A DNA stretch of 63,369 nucleotides, counting the filler, from Rhabdomonas costata (taxonomy: Eukaryota): NCBI GenBank assembly GCA_019059605.1. It is 56 parts of 56 records of this genome, joined end to end, with 100 filler letters (N's around TTAATTAATTAA, not from the genome) between each part and the next. Parts side by side here need not be neighbours in the genome. Positions count along the whole stretch, not along the records: positions 24,942 to 25,975 come from JAHMHO010032319.1; positions 26,076 to 27,109 come from JAHMHO010032320.1; positions 27,210 to 28,243 come from JAHMHO010032321.1; positions 28,344 to 29,377 come from JAHMHO010032322.1; positions 29,478 to 30,511 come from JAHMHO010032323.1; positions 30,612 to 31,645 come from JAHMHO010032324.1; positions 31,746 to 32,778 come from JAHMHO010032325.1; positions 32,879 to 33,911 come from JAHMHO010032326.1; 48 more parts are not named here. One strand, given 5' to 3'. The notes beneath the pieces are model-generated. The model had not been told where the DNA came from. It ran no database searches and saw nothing but the letters and a program-made list of their open reading frames with translations. The position numbers and the translations under genes are program-made. This document shows positions 25,906 to 37,767 of the stretch, piece by piece. Position 1 is the first letter of the stretch, and the number at the start of each line of letters is the position of its first letter.

Positions 25906-27589
25906 TGTTTATAATCTATATTAAGAAAATAAATATTTTGTTTATCATAACAAAGTATTTACTTGATTTATAACANNNNNNNNNNNNNNNNNNNNNNNNN
26001 NNNNNNNNNNNNNNNNNNNTTAATTAATTAANNNNNNNNNNNNNNNNNNNNNNNNNNNNNNNNNNNNNNNNNNNNGGGTGTGGTGTGATGTGAGTGGGCC
26101 GGGGACTGAAATTGAATTCGCATGACAGTTTTTTGTGTTGCTGTACCGAGCGGGTTTTCTTCAATTAATTCTCCCCTTTGTTTTCTTGTTTTTGCGCGCA
26201 ATCATGAAACACGAGCGCAGCGAGAGTTGAATGTGAACCGTGATCAAAAGAAAGAGGAGGAACGCAGCGAAGCGGAGTGACGACAGAAAGAAAGAGTAAC
26301 AGTAGCGGAGCGACGCGCAGCGACGTAAAGAAGGGAGCATGGCCGTAGCGTAGCGGAGGACATGCGACTATCACCCTACGTCAGCATTCTCAGTCCTTCG
26401 AATGCTTCCTCCTCCTCTCACTACCCCCTCACTCCCCGAGTCGGTACGTTCGGTCATCCTTACGTTAACCCACTTGTCACTTCACTTGTTCCACCACCAT
26501 AAGGTGCTTCCACTCGTTCCGTCCTTGGCGAAGCCACGCAGAACTCCCTCACGTTAAGGTGGAGAGGTTGCCGTGCTGTCAGGTTACGCCTTCAACCACA
26601 TCCTTGCGGTGGGATTCTGTGCGTAAGAATGACTGAGGTGTAAGATGGCCCTTTTGTATTACGGTACACCACCATGACAGCCTCAGCCATCCCCTGACAG
26701 CCATTGACACCACATCAGACTGAGCGTATACCGTAGCAGTGGGTTGATGCTGTGAGTGTTGGCATCTCAGGGTGTGTTCCTCCTTGCATGTCGGTCTCGG
26801 CGACCTCCACTTCGGATGTTGTACCCTGAGGGCTTAACACCGGTTGGCATCACCACTACCAGGTTGTCCCTCAGCCATGACGTACCACCAACAGGAGGTG
26901 TAACAGCATCAGCACTAGCATCGTAACAGCAGCAACACAGTGGGTGGATTGACAGGGTTGTGATACCCATACCACGTCACAGGTTGGTAGCGGCTACTAC
27001 TCCAGCACCAACACAGCCACAACCACCATAGATAGGGGTATCGCTACAGGTGGAAGGTTGGATGTTACTCCTACGCCTCTACCCTACAACGCTACTCCTA
27101 CCCAACCACNNNNNNNNNNNNNNNNNNNNNNNNNNNNNNNNNNNNNNNNNNNNTTAATTAATTAANNNNNNNNNNNNNNNNNNNNNNNNNNNNNNNNNNN
27201 NNNNNNNNNAGCAAACTCAGTTGACTGTACAGAAAGTTCCCACCTTTTGGTTCAGCAACAAGGCTTACTCTTGAGGTGTGGTGCATGCATGTTGGCACGC
27301 CTATTCCACTCCTCCCGCAGAATGCAGAATGCAGGGAAGAAGTGCATGGGGCCGCAGGATGTGGTTTCATCCCTGCTGGCAAAGCTCCGGTATCGCGACG
27401 TTGGTTGCTCCTGAGTGGGAAATTGGGAACTGACCTAACGAAGGCCTATGACCCAGGGCCCTGTCTTAATCGATGTATGGCCTCCACAGGGAGTAAGGCT
27501 GAAATCACCATCTTTTGTGGAAGTCTCCCCTCGGCTCAGCTTGCTCTGGCTACACCACATTCCGATCCGCGCTCTACTGAACTGAATAG

Positions 27590-27772
27590 GTTCGGCGGAG
27601 GCTGCCGTTCTCGGTTCCCTCCGTGGTCGGCTGGGCCCTCACGATGGCGGTGATGCTGGGGACTGGGGAGTGGCTCTTTCTCCCACCGCTCCGGCGCTGT
27701 GGATTGTTTGCGGGACTGGTTGAGCACTACGAGGGACTGTGGTCCGGGTTTCTGGCTGCGGTGGGACTGTAA
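27590..27772 (+). CDS. Terminal exon of a probable MBOAT-family wax ester synthase / long-chain-alcohol acyltransferase
   Basis: Not in the ORF track. After a tag acceptor: VRRRLPFSVPSVVGWALTMAVMLGTGEWLFLPPLRRCGLFAGLVEHYEGLWSGFLAAVGL*. Resembles the LT...TGxWLFFPPLxRxG C-terminus of jojoba-type wax synthases. Confidence 0.6.
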   Translation, partial: VRRRLPFSVPSVVGWALTMAVMLGTGEWLFLPPLRRCGLFAGLVEHYEGLWSGFLAAVGL

Positions 27773-28717
27773 ATTTGAAGCAGAAACTCTCCCAGAGATA
27801 GAGAGGATTGGTCGCGTGTGCAGCACAGGTTCGCAGATGCATCTGTGCAATTGTGGAGGTTTTTTCTTCCCTTTTGCGTTTTGGGAAAGGATTGGATCCC
27901 AGAATGATGTTAAGAAATTTTCGGTGATGTCTCCGAGTATGCTGCAAGGAACTTTTTTTCTCTCGGCACGTGCATTTATGTGTGTGGGGTGGGGAAATGG
28001 CTGAGAAGGGGGATGCAGAAGGTTTGCCATCGTGTTTTGGATGTAATCGGCCGAACGTTTTGCTGCGTCAAGCCGCTATGACACGAACGACCCTCCTCCC
28101 ATTCTCCCCCATTTTTGTGTTCTCCTCACTAGCACCTGCCACACCTCCTTTCACATTACCCACTCCACCTTCACGCCTTTGCTTCGCCCACACCTTGCTC
28201 AATCTTCAGCTCTTTTTGCGTCGCACGCACTCCCCACACACCCNNNNNNNNNNNNNNNNNNNNNNNNNNNNNNNNNNNNNNNNNNNNTTAATTAATTAAN
28301 NNNNNNNNNNNNNNNNNNNNNNNNNNNNNNNNNNNNNNNNNNNAGGGCGCAGAGGGTTACGGGGCCGGAGGTGGGGGGCGTGCTCGGGCTACCCTGCTGT
28401 GGGGATAGTGACGGGGACAGGGAGGACCGGGCGGGGTGTGCACACGTGCCGCTTGACGTGTTCTGTGGACTAGAAAATGCAGTGTTGCGTGAGCGCATTT
28501 TTCGTGGTCTTCAAGAGCGCCCGTACCCTCAAGTCCGACACACGTTTGGAAATGCACATCTGTGTTGCATTATAACATCCATCCACTTTCCTGTAATGAT
28601 GCTTCCTACAACCCTGCAAAACATGTACTGTGTGTTTGACCACGGACTTCGATACCGCAACGAACACTGGCGTCCCGTCTGTGCAGGCATGCCATGCTAT
28701 TGTATATCATAGCATAA

Positions 28718-28785
28718 ATATGATATGATATATGATATGATATGATATGATGTACATATCATATCATATATATGATGTGATATGA
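28718..28785. repeat. (GATAT)n / (ATATC)n microsatellite with an internal strand switch
   Basis: atatgatatgatat... followed by catatcatatcatat and then gatgtgatatga. Confidence 0.8.
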
Positions 28786-29648
28786 AACACACAGCAGAGT
28801 TTTGTCACACGTTGTGGTGGCGGGTGTTCTGCAGCGCAAAGCGAAAAATACAAAGCAAAGAAGCGCAGCGCGCGAGTAGGCAAGCGAATACAAATTGGCA
28901 ACAATAAATTACACAACAATAAATTACAGAGGAACGAGACAGTGAAAACAAACAAGGCAACTAAATTACAAAGACGGGAGGAGGGGAGAAAAACTGGCTT
29001 GCCCTGAGAACAACACTTGCCGCCCCCTTCCTTTTTTTTTTTTGCTGTTTTTGGTGAACCCCTCTTGCTCTGTAATTTGTTCTTTGTTGTACCTTTATTT
29101 TTTTGTTCTCGTTTGAGTATGTTCTCGTTTATGTTTACTACATCTTCCATTTTATGTAAATCTGATCCATCATCTCCATCCAAACTGTGAACCTTGCTGT
29201 TGTTTCATGTTAATTGTCCACAACTCTATCTTGTCGCACCATCATCGATAGCAATTCCTCCACCCCGACTTCCATGGTTCAACAAGAAGAACGAGCCCTC
29301 TTCCTAACATGATGCCCGTTCCTGCTTTCCAATCAGAGCCCTGTGGAAGCGCCCCAACCCCCCAAACACACCAACACNNNNNNNNNNNNNNNNNNNNNNN
29401 NNNNNNNNNNNNNNNNNNNNNTTAATTAATTAANNNNNNNNNNNNNNNNNNNNNNNNNNNNNNNNNNNNNNNNNNNNTGTGTTTTTTATCTTATTTGTCT
29501 TCACTTGTTTTGATCATGTTTTGCCTAATCCAAGATTCATTATTGGGTTCTTTGGGGATGTGCATAATTATGGTGGTCTACGTGCCGAAAACTTTCCGCT
29601 GTGCGTGCGTATGACAATTGTGTTTGTTATATGCGTGACTGGCTGCAG

Positions 29649-29724
29649 TGGTGCGGGGCCTGCGAAGAAGCGGAAGGTGAAGAGGACTGCTGCTGCCAAA
29701 GAAGGGGAACAGCAGGAGAGCTGA
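29649..29724 (+). CDS. Short terminal exon with a classical monopartite NLS
   Basis: gcag acceptor, then GAGPAKKRKVKRTAAAKEGEQQES*. Confidence 0.45.
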
Positions 29725-31108
29725 AGCCCTGCTGAACATGGATGACTTTCCACCACTGCTCCTTCAGTGAATGTGGAGCGAGCGTACATTCGGGTCAGTT
29801 TTCGGATGCCTAGGCATCGCTGAGTTTGGTCTGTCCATCGGTCCATTTTCAATGCTTTTAACGACGACAGCGACGAACCTTGATCCTTTTTATCCCTTAT
29901 ATCTCCAGTCTCCACGGTGAGGTCCTAGGTACCGTGAGATTTCTAGAATGCTCTTGACTCCGAGCAAACGACCTCGCTACAGCTGCAGTCAACCACTGGC
30001 TTTGCAAAAATTAAATAAGGGATTGTTTCTTGATTGTTAAACCTGCGCAGGCGACGCTGGACACTGGGACGGTTCCCGCTGGGATGGGGAACGCCGTGAA
30101 TCCCCTAAAAAGTGCGCATCCTGAAATTCACGAAGGATGAGTGGTTATTGAGAGCTTTTGTTTTGGGGCCTCTTCCTTTTGCACCTCCATTGTTCAACCG
30201 AGGAAACGCCAGTCAAACGCCGTTGTGTGGAAGTGGCGACTCCGATCGACAGAACGACACGGGCAACGTCAGTGGGAGGCTAATTGAATATAAAAATATA
30301 ACAATGTTTGCTTAGTCCCAGTATATATTTCTGCTTGGCTTTTGATTTACCATTCTTTTTTTTTCAGACAGTCTTTGTACAAAAAGGCCCTACAAAGATA
30401 AAAACCGGCCCCCTTGTTCACTCCACCCACCCACACATACCCCAGCACACCCAAACATACCCCCTCCCGCGAACCGTCAAGAATGGTGGAGTTTGCGTTT
30501 GACCCACACAANNNNNNNNNNNNNNNNNNNNNNNNNNNNNNNNNNNNNNNNNNNNTTAATTAATTAANNNNNNNNNNNNNNNNNNNNNNNNNNNNNNNNN
30601 NNNNNNNNNNNTCTAATCCCAAAAAATTCCCGTTTTCGGACGGGCGAAGCTCTATTTTGAATGTTGCCAAGTCCTATCCTGAAGAGAAATACGGCAAAAA
30701 CCAGTACTGCAGTTACTAGGCACAAACAATTATAAAACCAATGCAATCTGTGAAAAAATGCTGCTCAATTTTAGAGCAAAGCGCATTTGTTACCGAAAGT
30801 TTGTGCACTTTGCATTGCGAAGAACAATTGAGCTGAAATACCGTCATTTCACAAATTTTACCTAGATTCAACATTTTTCTTCTATCTCGCCAACAGTACA
30901 AATTAATCTTCAAAATGAATTTTACCCTTCCATTTTCTGTTTACATTGTGTTTGTTCATCCACAAAATTCTACTTTTCGCTTAAGTATTTCATCCCTGAA
31001 GCTTTGTGCTACGGCGGCTATTTTTCCACCCTCTTATTTTTTTGAAGTAGTTTGACGTAGTTTGAAGTACGTGAGTCTTTTATTTGCTGTACCGCTTGGG
31101 GGGACCAC

Positions 31109-31560
31109 TTGCTATATGCTTCGCGGGTTATGCTCGCCGGCCTCCGGGAAGCGGTGGAGGCCAGCGCGGAAGGGGAGCGTTTTGTCGCGGTGCGAAGTGT
31201 GGTGAATCCCACTTCACTGGAGCGTCCATGCGGCTTGCTCATCCGTGGCTTCGACACAGGGGCGTCGGCTGCAGTGGACGTGTCAGTCGTCCACCCTCTT
31301 CAACTTAGTGTGTCCTTCAATCAGGACTGCGGGCTGGTCGCCAAGCGGTGCGAAGCGAGGAAGTCAGAGCAATAGTCGGACTCGTGCCAGCGTGCCGGGG
31401 TCACTCTGGAGTTGGCCGTCGGGGAGACCACCGGGGGTGTGGCCGTGCTTCCATGGCCTTCCTCCAGCGACTTTTCAGAGCATACCGTTCGAGGCACCCA
31501 GGGGCCCCCTCAGCGGTGCATTCCTCTTTGTGGGGTATGGTATTGTTTCTCTTGTCCCAC
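31109..31560 (+). mobile_element. Decayed non-LTR retrotransposon C-terminus with restriction-like endonuclease (RLE; CRE/R2-type)
   Basis: ERPCGLLIRGF...AAVDVSVVHPLQ...AKRCEARKSEQ*SDSCQRAG...AVGETTGG, then a frameshift to CGRASMAFLQRL. Matches RPxD...AxDVxVxHP...ExxKxxxY...ETxGG. Premature TAG at 31373-31375. Confidence 0.75.
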
Positions 31561-31808
31561 TGCCGGACAAAACACTGTGAGGTTTCATCCAGCTTTGAAC
31601 ACACCCGCAATGCACTTGTTCGGTGCCCAACCCTCAACCCAACACNNNNNNNNNNNNNNNNNNNNNNNNNNNNNNNNNNNNNNNNNNNNTTAATTAATTA
31701 ANNNNNNNNNNNNNNNNNNNNNNNNNNNNNNNNNNNNNNNNNNNNGTTTTTTGGGGCAACGCATGCGCGCACAACACGCTAAGCAAAAAAGGTTTGACAG
31801 AGAGGTTA

Positions 31809-32502
<694 letters not shown>

Positions 32503-35144
32503 CTGGAAAGAAGGTGTCCGTTAATAACGTTGACGTTAATAACGTTGACGACGGGACGCCAACCGCCAACCACAATCCAACACACCACAATCTCGCCAGC
32601 AACGAGGAAAACAACAAAAAAACAGGAGGGGAGGACACCGGGTGACAAGGTGAAAATACGACAGAGGGATAAAAAAAGCCCGGTGGTTACACACAGGGGT
32701 ATAGAGACAATGGCAATGGCAATGACGATGTCAAAACAGAAGAAGCACAAAGAAACGACCGGAAGAGGCGTTGATTCANNNNNNNNNNNNNNNNNNNNNN
32801 NNNNNNNNNNNNNNNNNNNNNNTTAATTAATTAANNNNNNNNNNNNNNNNNNNNNNNNNNNNNNNNNNNNNNNNNNNNGGTGTTTTGTCCACCTCGTCGT
32901 GGGTCACTGGGGAAGAGGATGAGCTCGTCGTCACATTGCTCAGCGCTGGGTGAGCATTGTCTTGCGAGGGTGCCTTAGTCCTCGTGGCGGTGTTCGGACG
33001 GGGTGCCTCCTTCGTGAACTCTTTGCTACTGTCGCGGAGGGTCCTCTTCAGACTTTGGTAGTCAGCCTCGTTGAACCCCATCCCGGAGGACATCACAGAG
33101 GCTACGAGATGGGGCAGCCCCGGAAGAGAAGAGGTGTTGCAGCACTCCACAAGGCTCTCCGCTGAGGTGGCGTCCGCTACCCAAACCCGGGCCACGTCGT
33201 ACCCGACGCACTGCTCGACGAGAATTCGCAGCGGCGGTGAACGGAACGCGTCTGAAACAATGCCAGATGCAGCACAAGGACATAATTAGACCCCATCAGC
33301 CAACACGAGCTGTGCTTCTTTGTTGTGTTTGTGTGGCGATGGTGCAGAAAACCGTGAGATCGACGCGTAACGCCAAAAAGAAAATCCTGAGAACAATACT
33401 CACGGGAGAAAAACTTCCCGCCCATGTAAAGCGCTTCGGATCGGAACGGTGCAACTCGGTAACACAAGTCAATCACAAAACTGCGGGGGAAAATAAAAGA
33501 CAGTTTTTTTGAGTAAGCTACAGGTACATCCACAATCTGACCCGGAAGTCGGCCAGTGCCACAGGGGACCAAACAAACAAGACAAGTCCTGATTCCAAAC
33601 CATTGGTTCTTCCCGCTTGCATTCCACGAATCCGTTAAATCCACGTCTTAATGGATCTTCTGCAAAACTTCCCGTCCCAATTCGAACGCAAGCAATGATA
33701 ATTAGTGCTATCTGAGATATTTTCTGCTGCTTTCGGTGATCTACAACTGATACACCACCACGTTCAGGTCTGCGATGACCATCATATACACACCAAACGG
33801 TATTCTCTTTCTTGCAATTCTTTCTTGCAATTGTTAACGCACACCTACCCACGCCACAACCACATGCGCACCCTGGCAAAGCCTCAGCAGCAGTTTGCAG
33901 TCCAGCACCCCNNNNNNNNNNNNNNNNNNNNNNNNNNNNNNNNNNNNNNNNNNNNTTAATTAATTAANNNNNNNNNNNNNNNNNNNNNNNNNNNNNNNNN
34001 NNNNNNNNNNNGAGGTGATGTACGCGTCCTTGGGATTTTAATAGAAGCTTTTTTCAGGGGACCCCCTTCCTACGCGCCCAAGCCCTTATGCAGTGCCTCT
34101 CTCCCTTCTACGTGTGTATGCTGTCTGATTTTGTTTTGAGGTTAGGGGGCGATGAACGTGCTCCCTGGGACTCTTCCCATGTCTTGGGCCGCTCCACTGC
34201 GCTCCGCGGCCCAAGATCCTAGAAACTTTATTTGATGGACGTGGACGTGCGTGAAAACGGTTGGTGGGGTGCAGTGAAGGATTTTTGCCCAAAACGCTTA
34301 TTTGGGAATAAACAGATAAGTTGCGGCCCGGTACACCTCTCGCCGAGACCACAATTAGGGTCAGACCAGAGAACAAGGATGATCCACAGTTTTCTGAGTA
34401 TGCCACTCACCGATATTCGATTTCCGGTGATGGGGTTGGGGGGGTAAAGGGTGTGCTCCGCGGCACCCGGGCGTCCACACAAAATGACATGCTTAGATCA
34501 CGTTCATCCTTTGCATTTCTCGATATCAGATTATTCGTGAGCTTCAGCTGGACCCGAGGGGAGAAGCAGTCCCAATGCAAACAACCGAAACACCGCCTGA
34601 AATGAAGTCCTCAAGCAGAGCCAGTCTGGCTCGTCTTAATTGCAAGAGGCAACGACGGAAATGCCGGTTCTCCTGACTATCCGCTGGTCGAGGCAAAACA
34701 ACTGATGTGGCGACAAGCCACTGTTGGCACTCCATTTGGCAAAATTTTAGCTAAACAGAAAGCGTGCTTAACGTCTCAGAAGCAAACTGGGACGCTTGCG
34801 TTCTTCGGGTTGATTCCCCACATTCTGCACCTGCTCTTCGTACACTAATTTCCCATGCGATTCGGCAGCGGTACTCTCGCCTTCAGCTCAGCACTGGCGA
34901 AAACAAAAGGCGAACCGCGATGAAGGCGTCATCGATTAAGGTCTCCCTTTAAACAACTTTAAGCAAGAAGTCGGAGTGGGGTGTGACCTCGCAGGGTGCA
35001 GGACTTGGACTCGCAGCTGGAGACCCAGCCCTCGCCCCGGGTGGNNNNNNNNNNNNNNNNNNNNNNNNNNNNNNNNNNNNNNNNNNNNTTAATTAATTAA
35101 NNNNNNNNNNNNNNNNNNNNNNNNNNNNNNNNNNNNNNNNNNNN

Positions 35145-36178
35145 ACTTGATGGCATAGTTTTTGGAGAAAAATATTCCCGTGAACACCATCCTAGGGGCA
35201 AGCACTTCATCAACGACGCAAGCCCTGCCAGCAACCTGCCGCTCAGGCCAGGTCCGCACGTTACCACTCTCGCCTTGCCGTTCCGCGTCCGTCGGATAAA
35301 CGAGGACGGTTTTCATCGGACTCCGCTTCCCACTTCAGGAGAGCACCTCTAGACAGCGCGCTATCTGCCCCCCCCCCTCCGCTAAGCCCACTTTCATGAG
35401 CAGCAGCTCCGTAAGGTCAGCCAGCCGCTCTCCACTCTCTCTCAGCAGACGCCCTTTCCTTCTGCACTGCTATAAAAAAGTTGTCCCTGTACCATGCTGA
35501 TGGAAGCCCGACAAGGAGGAAGGCCACCCACAGGAATTCAGGCGTGAGCGCCACCAGTTCCACATACGAAGCACAGAGATGGCCACCATTGGGCAGCCTG
35601 TTCCGCTGCTGGAGCACGGACCATTCCGCCCCAGCCTGCGCCTCAAAGAGGTCGTTGTCTTCCAGACCCCACGTACAGGCTGAGAGCAGCTGGTCAGCCG
35701 TGATCGACCAATAATGGATCGAAGCGGGACGACCGCGATGGTCGTCTGCCTTGCCATCCTTGCAAAAGGCAAAGTACGGCTGAGTCCGCAAACACCCCTG
35801 GGATTTTCACAGCCATCCCAGCACCTCGTGTGGAAGGGGTAGTCAGTCTGTGGCCGGGTTAACACCTGCTTTTGATGCCCTAGTGGTGCCCTGTCCTAAC
35901 CCTGCTGCAGGTTGTCGACCTGTTGAGGTTGTGCTGCTTATATAGTGTTTGGTGATTCTTCCTGCCTACAACCCCAAAAGATGTTGGCTGGGTCGATGTT
36001 GGTGTGGTTTGTGGTCTGAGCGAGGGTGAGTGACCTTGTCAACACTATGGTACTTGATGGCATAGTTTTTGGAGAAAAATATTCCCGTGAACACCATCCT
36101 AGGGGCAAGCACTTCATCAACGACGCAAGCCCTGCCAGCAACCTGCCGCTCAGGCCAGGTCCGCACGTTACCACTCTC
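35145..36178. repeat. Contig with exact 127-bp terminal direct repeat (circular molecule or collapsed tandem array, 907-bp unit)
   Basis: 35145-35271 is identical to 36052-36178. Confidence 0.9.
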
Positions 36179-37416
36179 NNNNNNNNNNNNNNNNNNNNNN
36201 NNNNNNNNNNNNNNNNNNNNNNTTAATTAATTAANNNNNNNNNNNNNNNNNNNNNNNNNNNNNNNNNNNNNNNNNNNNTTTGTGGTTTCGAGTATTGACA
36301 GAGACTATGCAAACAACACTGAGTAATTGTGGGTGTCTTGATCTTGCCTTGACCTCGTAAAATGGAGAGAGGATCAATTGCTGAGTAGACATCCGTCTTT
36401 CTGTGCTGCTGTTTTTTGCAACACAATGAGTGCTTTGTGCTCTGTTGCGCACTGGTAATCCACGAGACCGATTGGATAAATTCGAAGCATGTTCATAAAC
36501 CATACGTAATGACGTAGCAGAAAACTATACTTGAGTCCCACACGATCATAAAAGCTTTTCTCTGGGCAATCATTTCTGAGCCGTTGCTCGTGCGCACGGA
36601 AGACCACGGCCCAGCGGTAGTGATGACGATGGATGGTCCCGGAAGGCTTTCCCCCTGTGCGTGTGATCAAAAAGCAGAAGGAGAGACCACGCCTAAAACT
36701 CGTGACCAAACCACAAATGGGCCAGAAGGGTATAGGGTACACCAGACAAAAAAAATTTGAAAACCTGGCGGAAAGGAAACTTCACCACATCCATTTTACA
36801 CGGGGATTGATGTCTCAGCAGTAGAGAACTACAAAATATCAACACATTAGACAGGAAATTAAACGGAAGAGATATTGAAACAAAGCGTGACCTGTCCAAG
36901 ACGTCCTCCAGTTCGCCAGGACATGGTCCAGGGGATGCGGACTTTCAAATTTGCTCTGAGACATATAGCAACCAGACTCTGACGGCACACATTTGCATCC
37001 AACACCAACCGCAACGGAAAACGCAACGGCAACTTAAAACATCTAAGGTTCTCGGCAAAGGTCTCCAAAGGGTCCGATAATTTACCAAAAGACACAACTT
37101 TGAGGAAAATATTTCCCTTATGGGGGAACCCGAACGTCTGTCCGCTGGTTCTCCGTCGTAACCACGGTTGGATTAGACGTTCCTTCGGCCAAGTAGGAGG
37201 ATGCATAGGAGAGTTGAAACAGAGCTACATGCTGATGTGGCCCAATGCAACACAAAGCTTTGGCAAAGCAGCACGACCAAAATTCTCGGCTCATCTACGA
37301 AACAAAAGCCCNNNNNNNNNNNNNNNNNNNNNNNNNNNNNNNNNNNNNNNNNNNNTTAATTAATTAANNNNNNNNNNNNNNNNNNNNNNNNNNNNNNNNN
37401 NNNNNNNNNNNCGCAG

Positions 37417-37767
37417 GTTGCGGCGTACCTAGTCCTTCTGGTCGTACTCCTTCCCGTGCTCCCCTTTCGTGCGAAGCTGCGTGCCCACCTGTGCGACCCT
37501 GGCTGGATGGTGCCCTTCCTGGGGCTGGTCGTGCTCCACGTGCCGCTGCTGGTGGCGGTGTGGGCGTGCCTGCTGATTCTTTTGGTGCCGTTGGTGGTTG
37601 TCGGGCTGGCTGGCTTGGCCCTGGGTGGGGCCTCATCGGTGGCCTTGCCTCTGGTGGGGCGCCTGGCAGCGGGCGTGCTGGGCTTCCCTGTGGTGGCCGT
37701 GGCTCTCTGTCTGCGGAACGAGGAGAAGGAGCGCTGGCGGCGAGTGGTGTCCTTTGTGCAGAGGTGA
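37417..37767 (+). CDS. Multi-pass membrane protein exon, unknown family
   Basis: cgcag acceptor and a GC3-rich frame with several long hydrophobic segments. Confidence 0.55.
   Translation, partial: VAAYLVLLVVLLPVLPFRAKLRAHLCDPGWMVPFLGLVVLHVPLLVAVWACLLILLVPLVVVGLAGLALGGASSVALPLVGRLAAGVLGFPVVAVALCLRNEEKERWRRVVSFVQR

Noticed and set aside
23805-27109. Treating contigs flanking the capsid-like ORF as part of one viral locus or gene cluster
   Set aside because: Contigs are concatenated by length, so adjacency carries no biological information. No other viral hallmark gene was recognised in the window.
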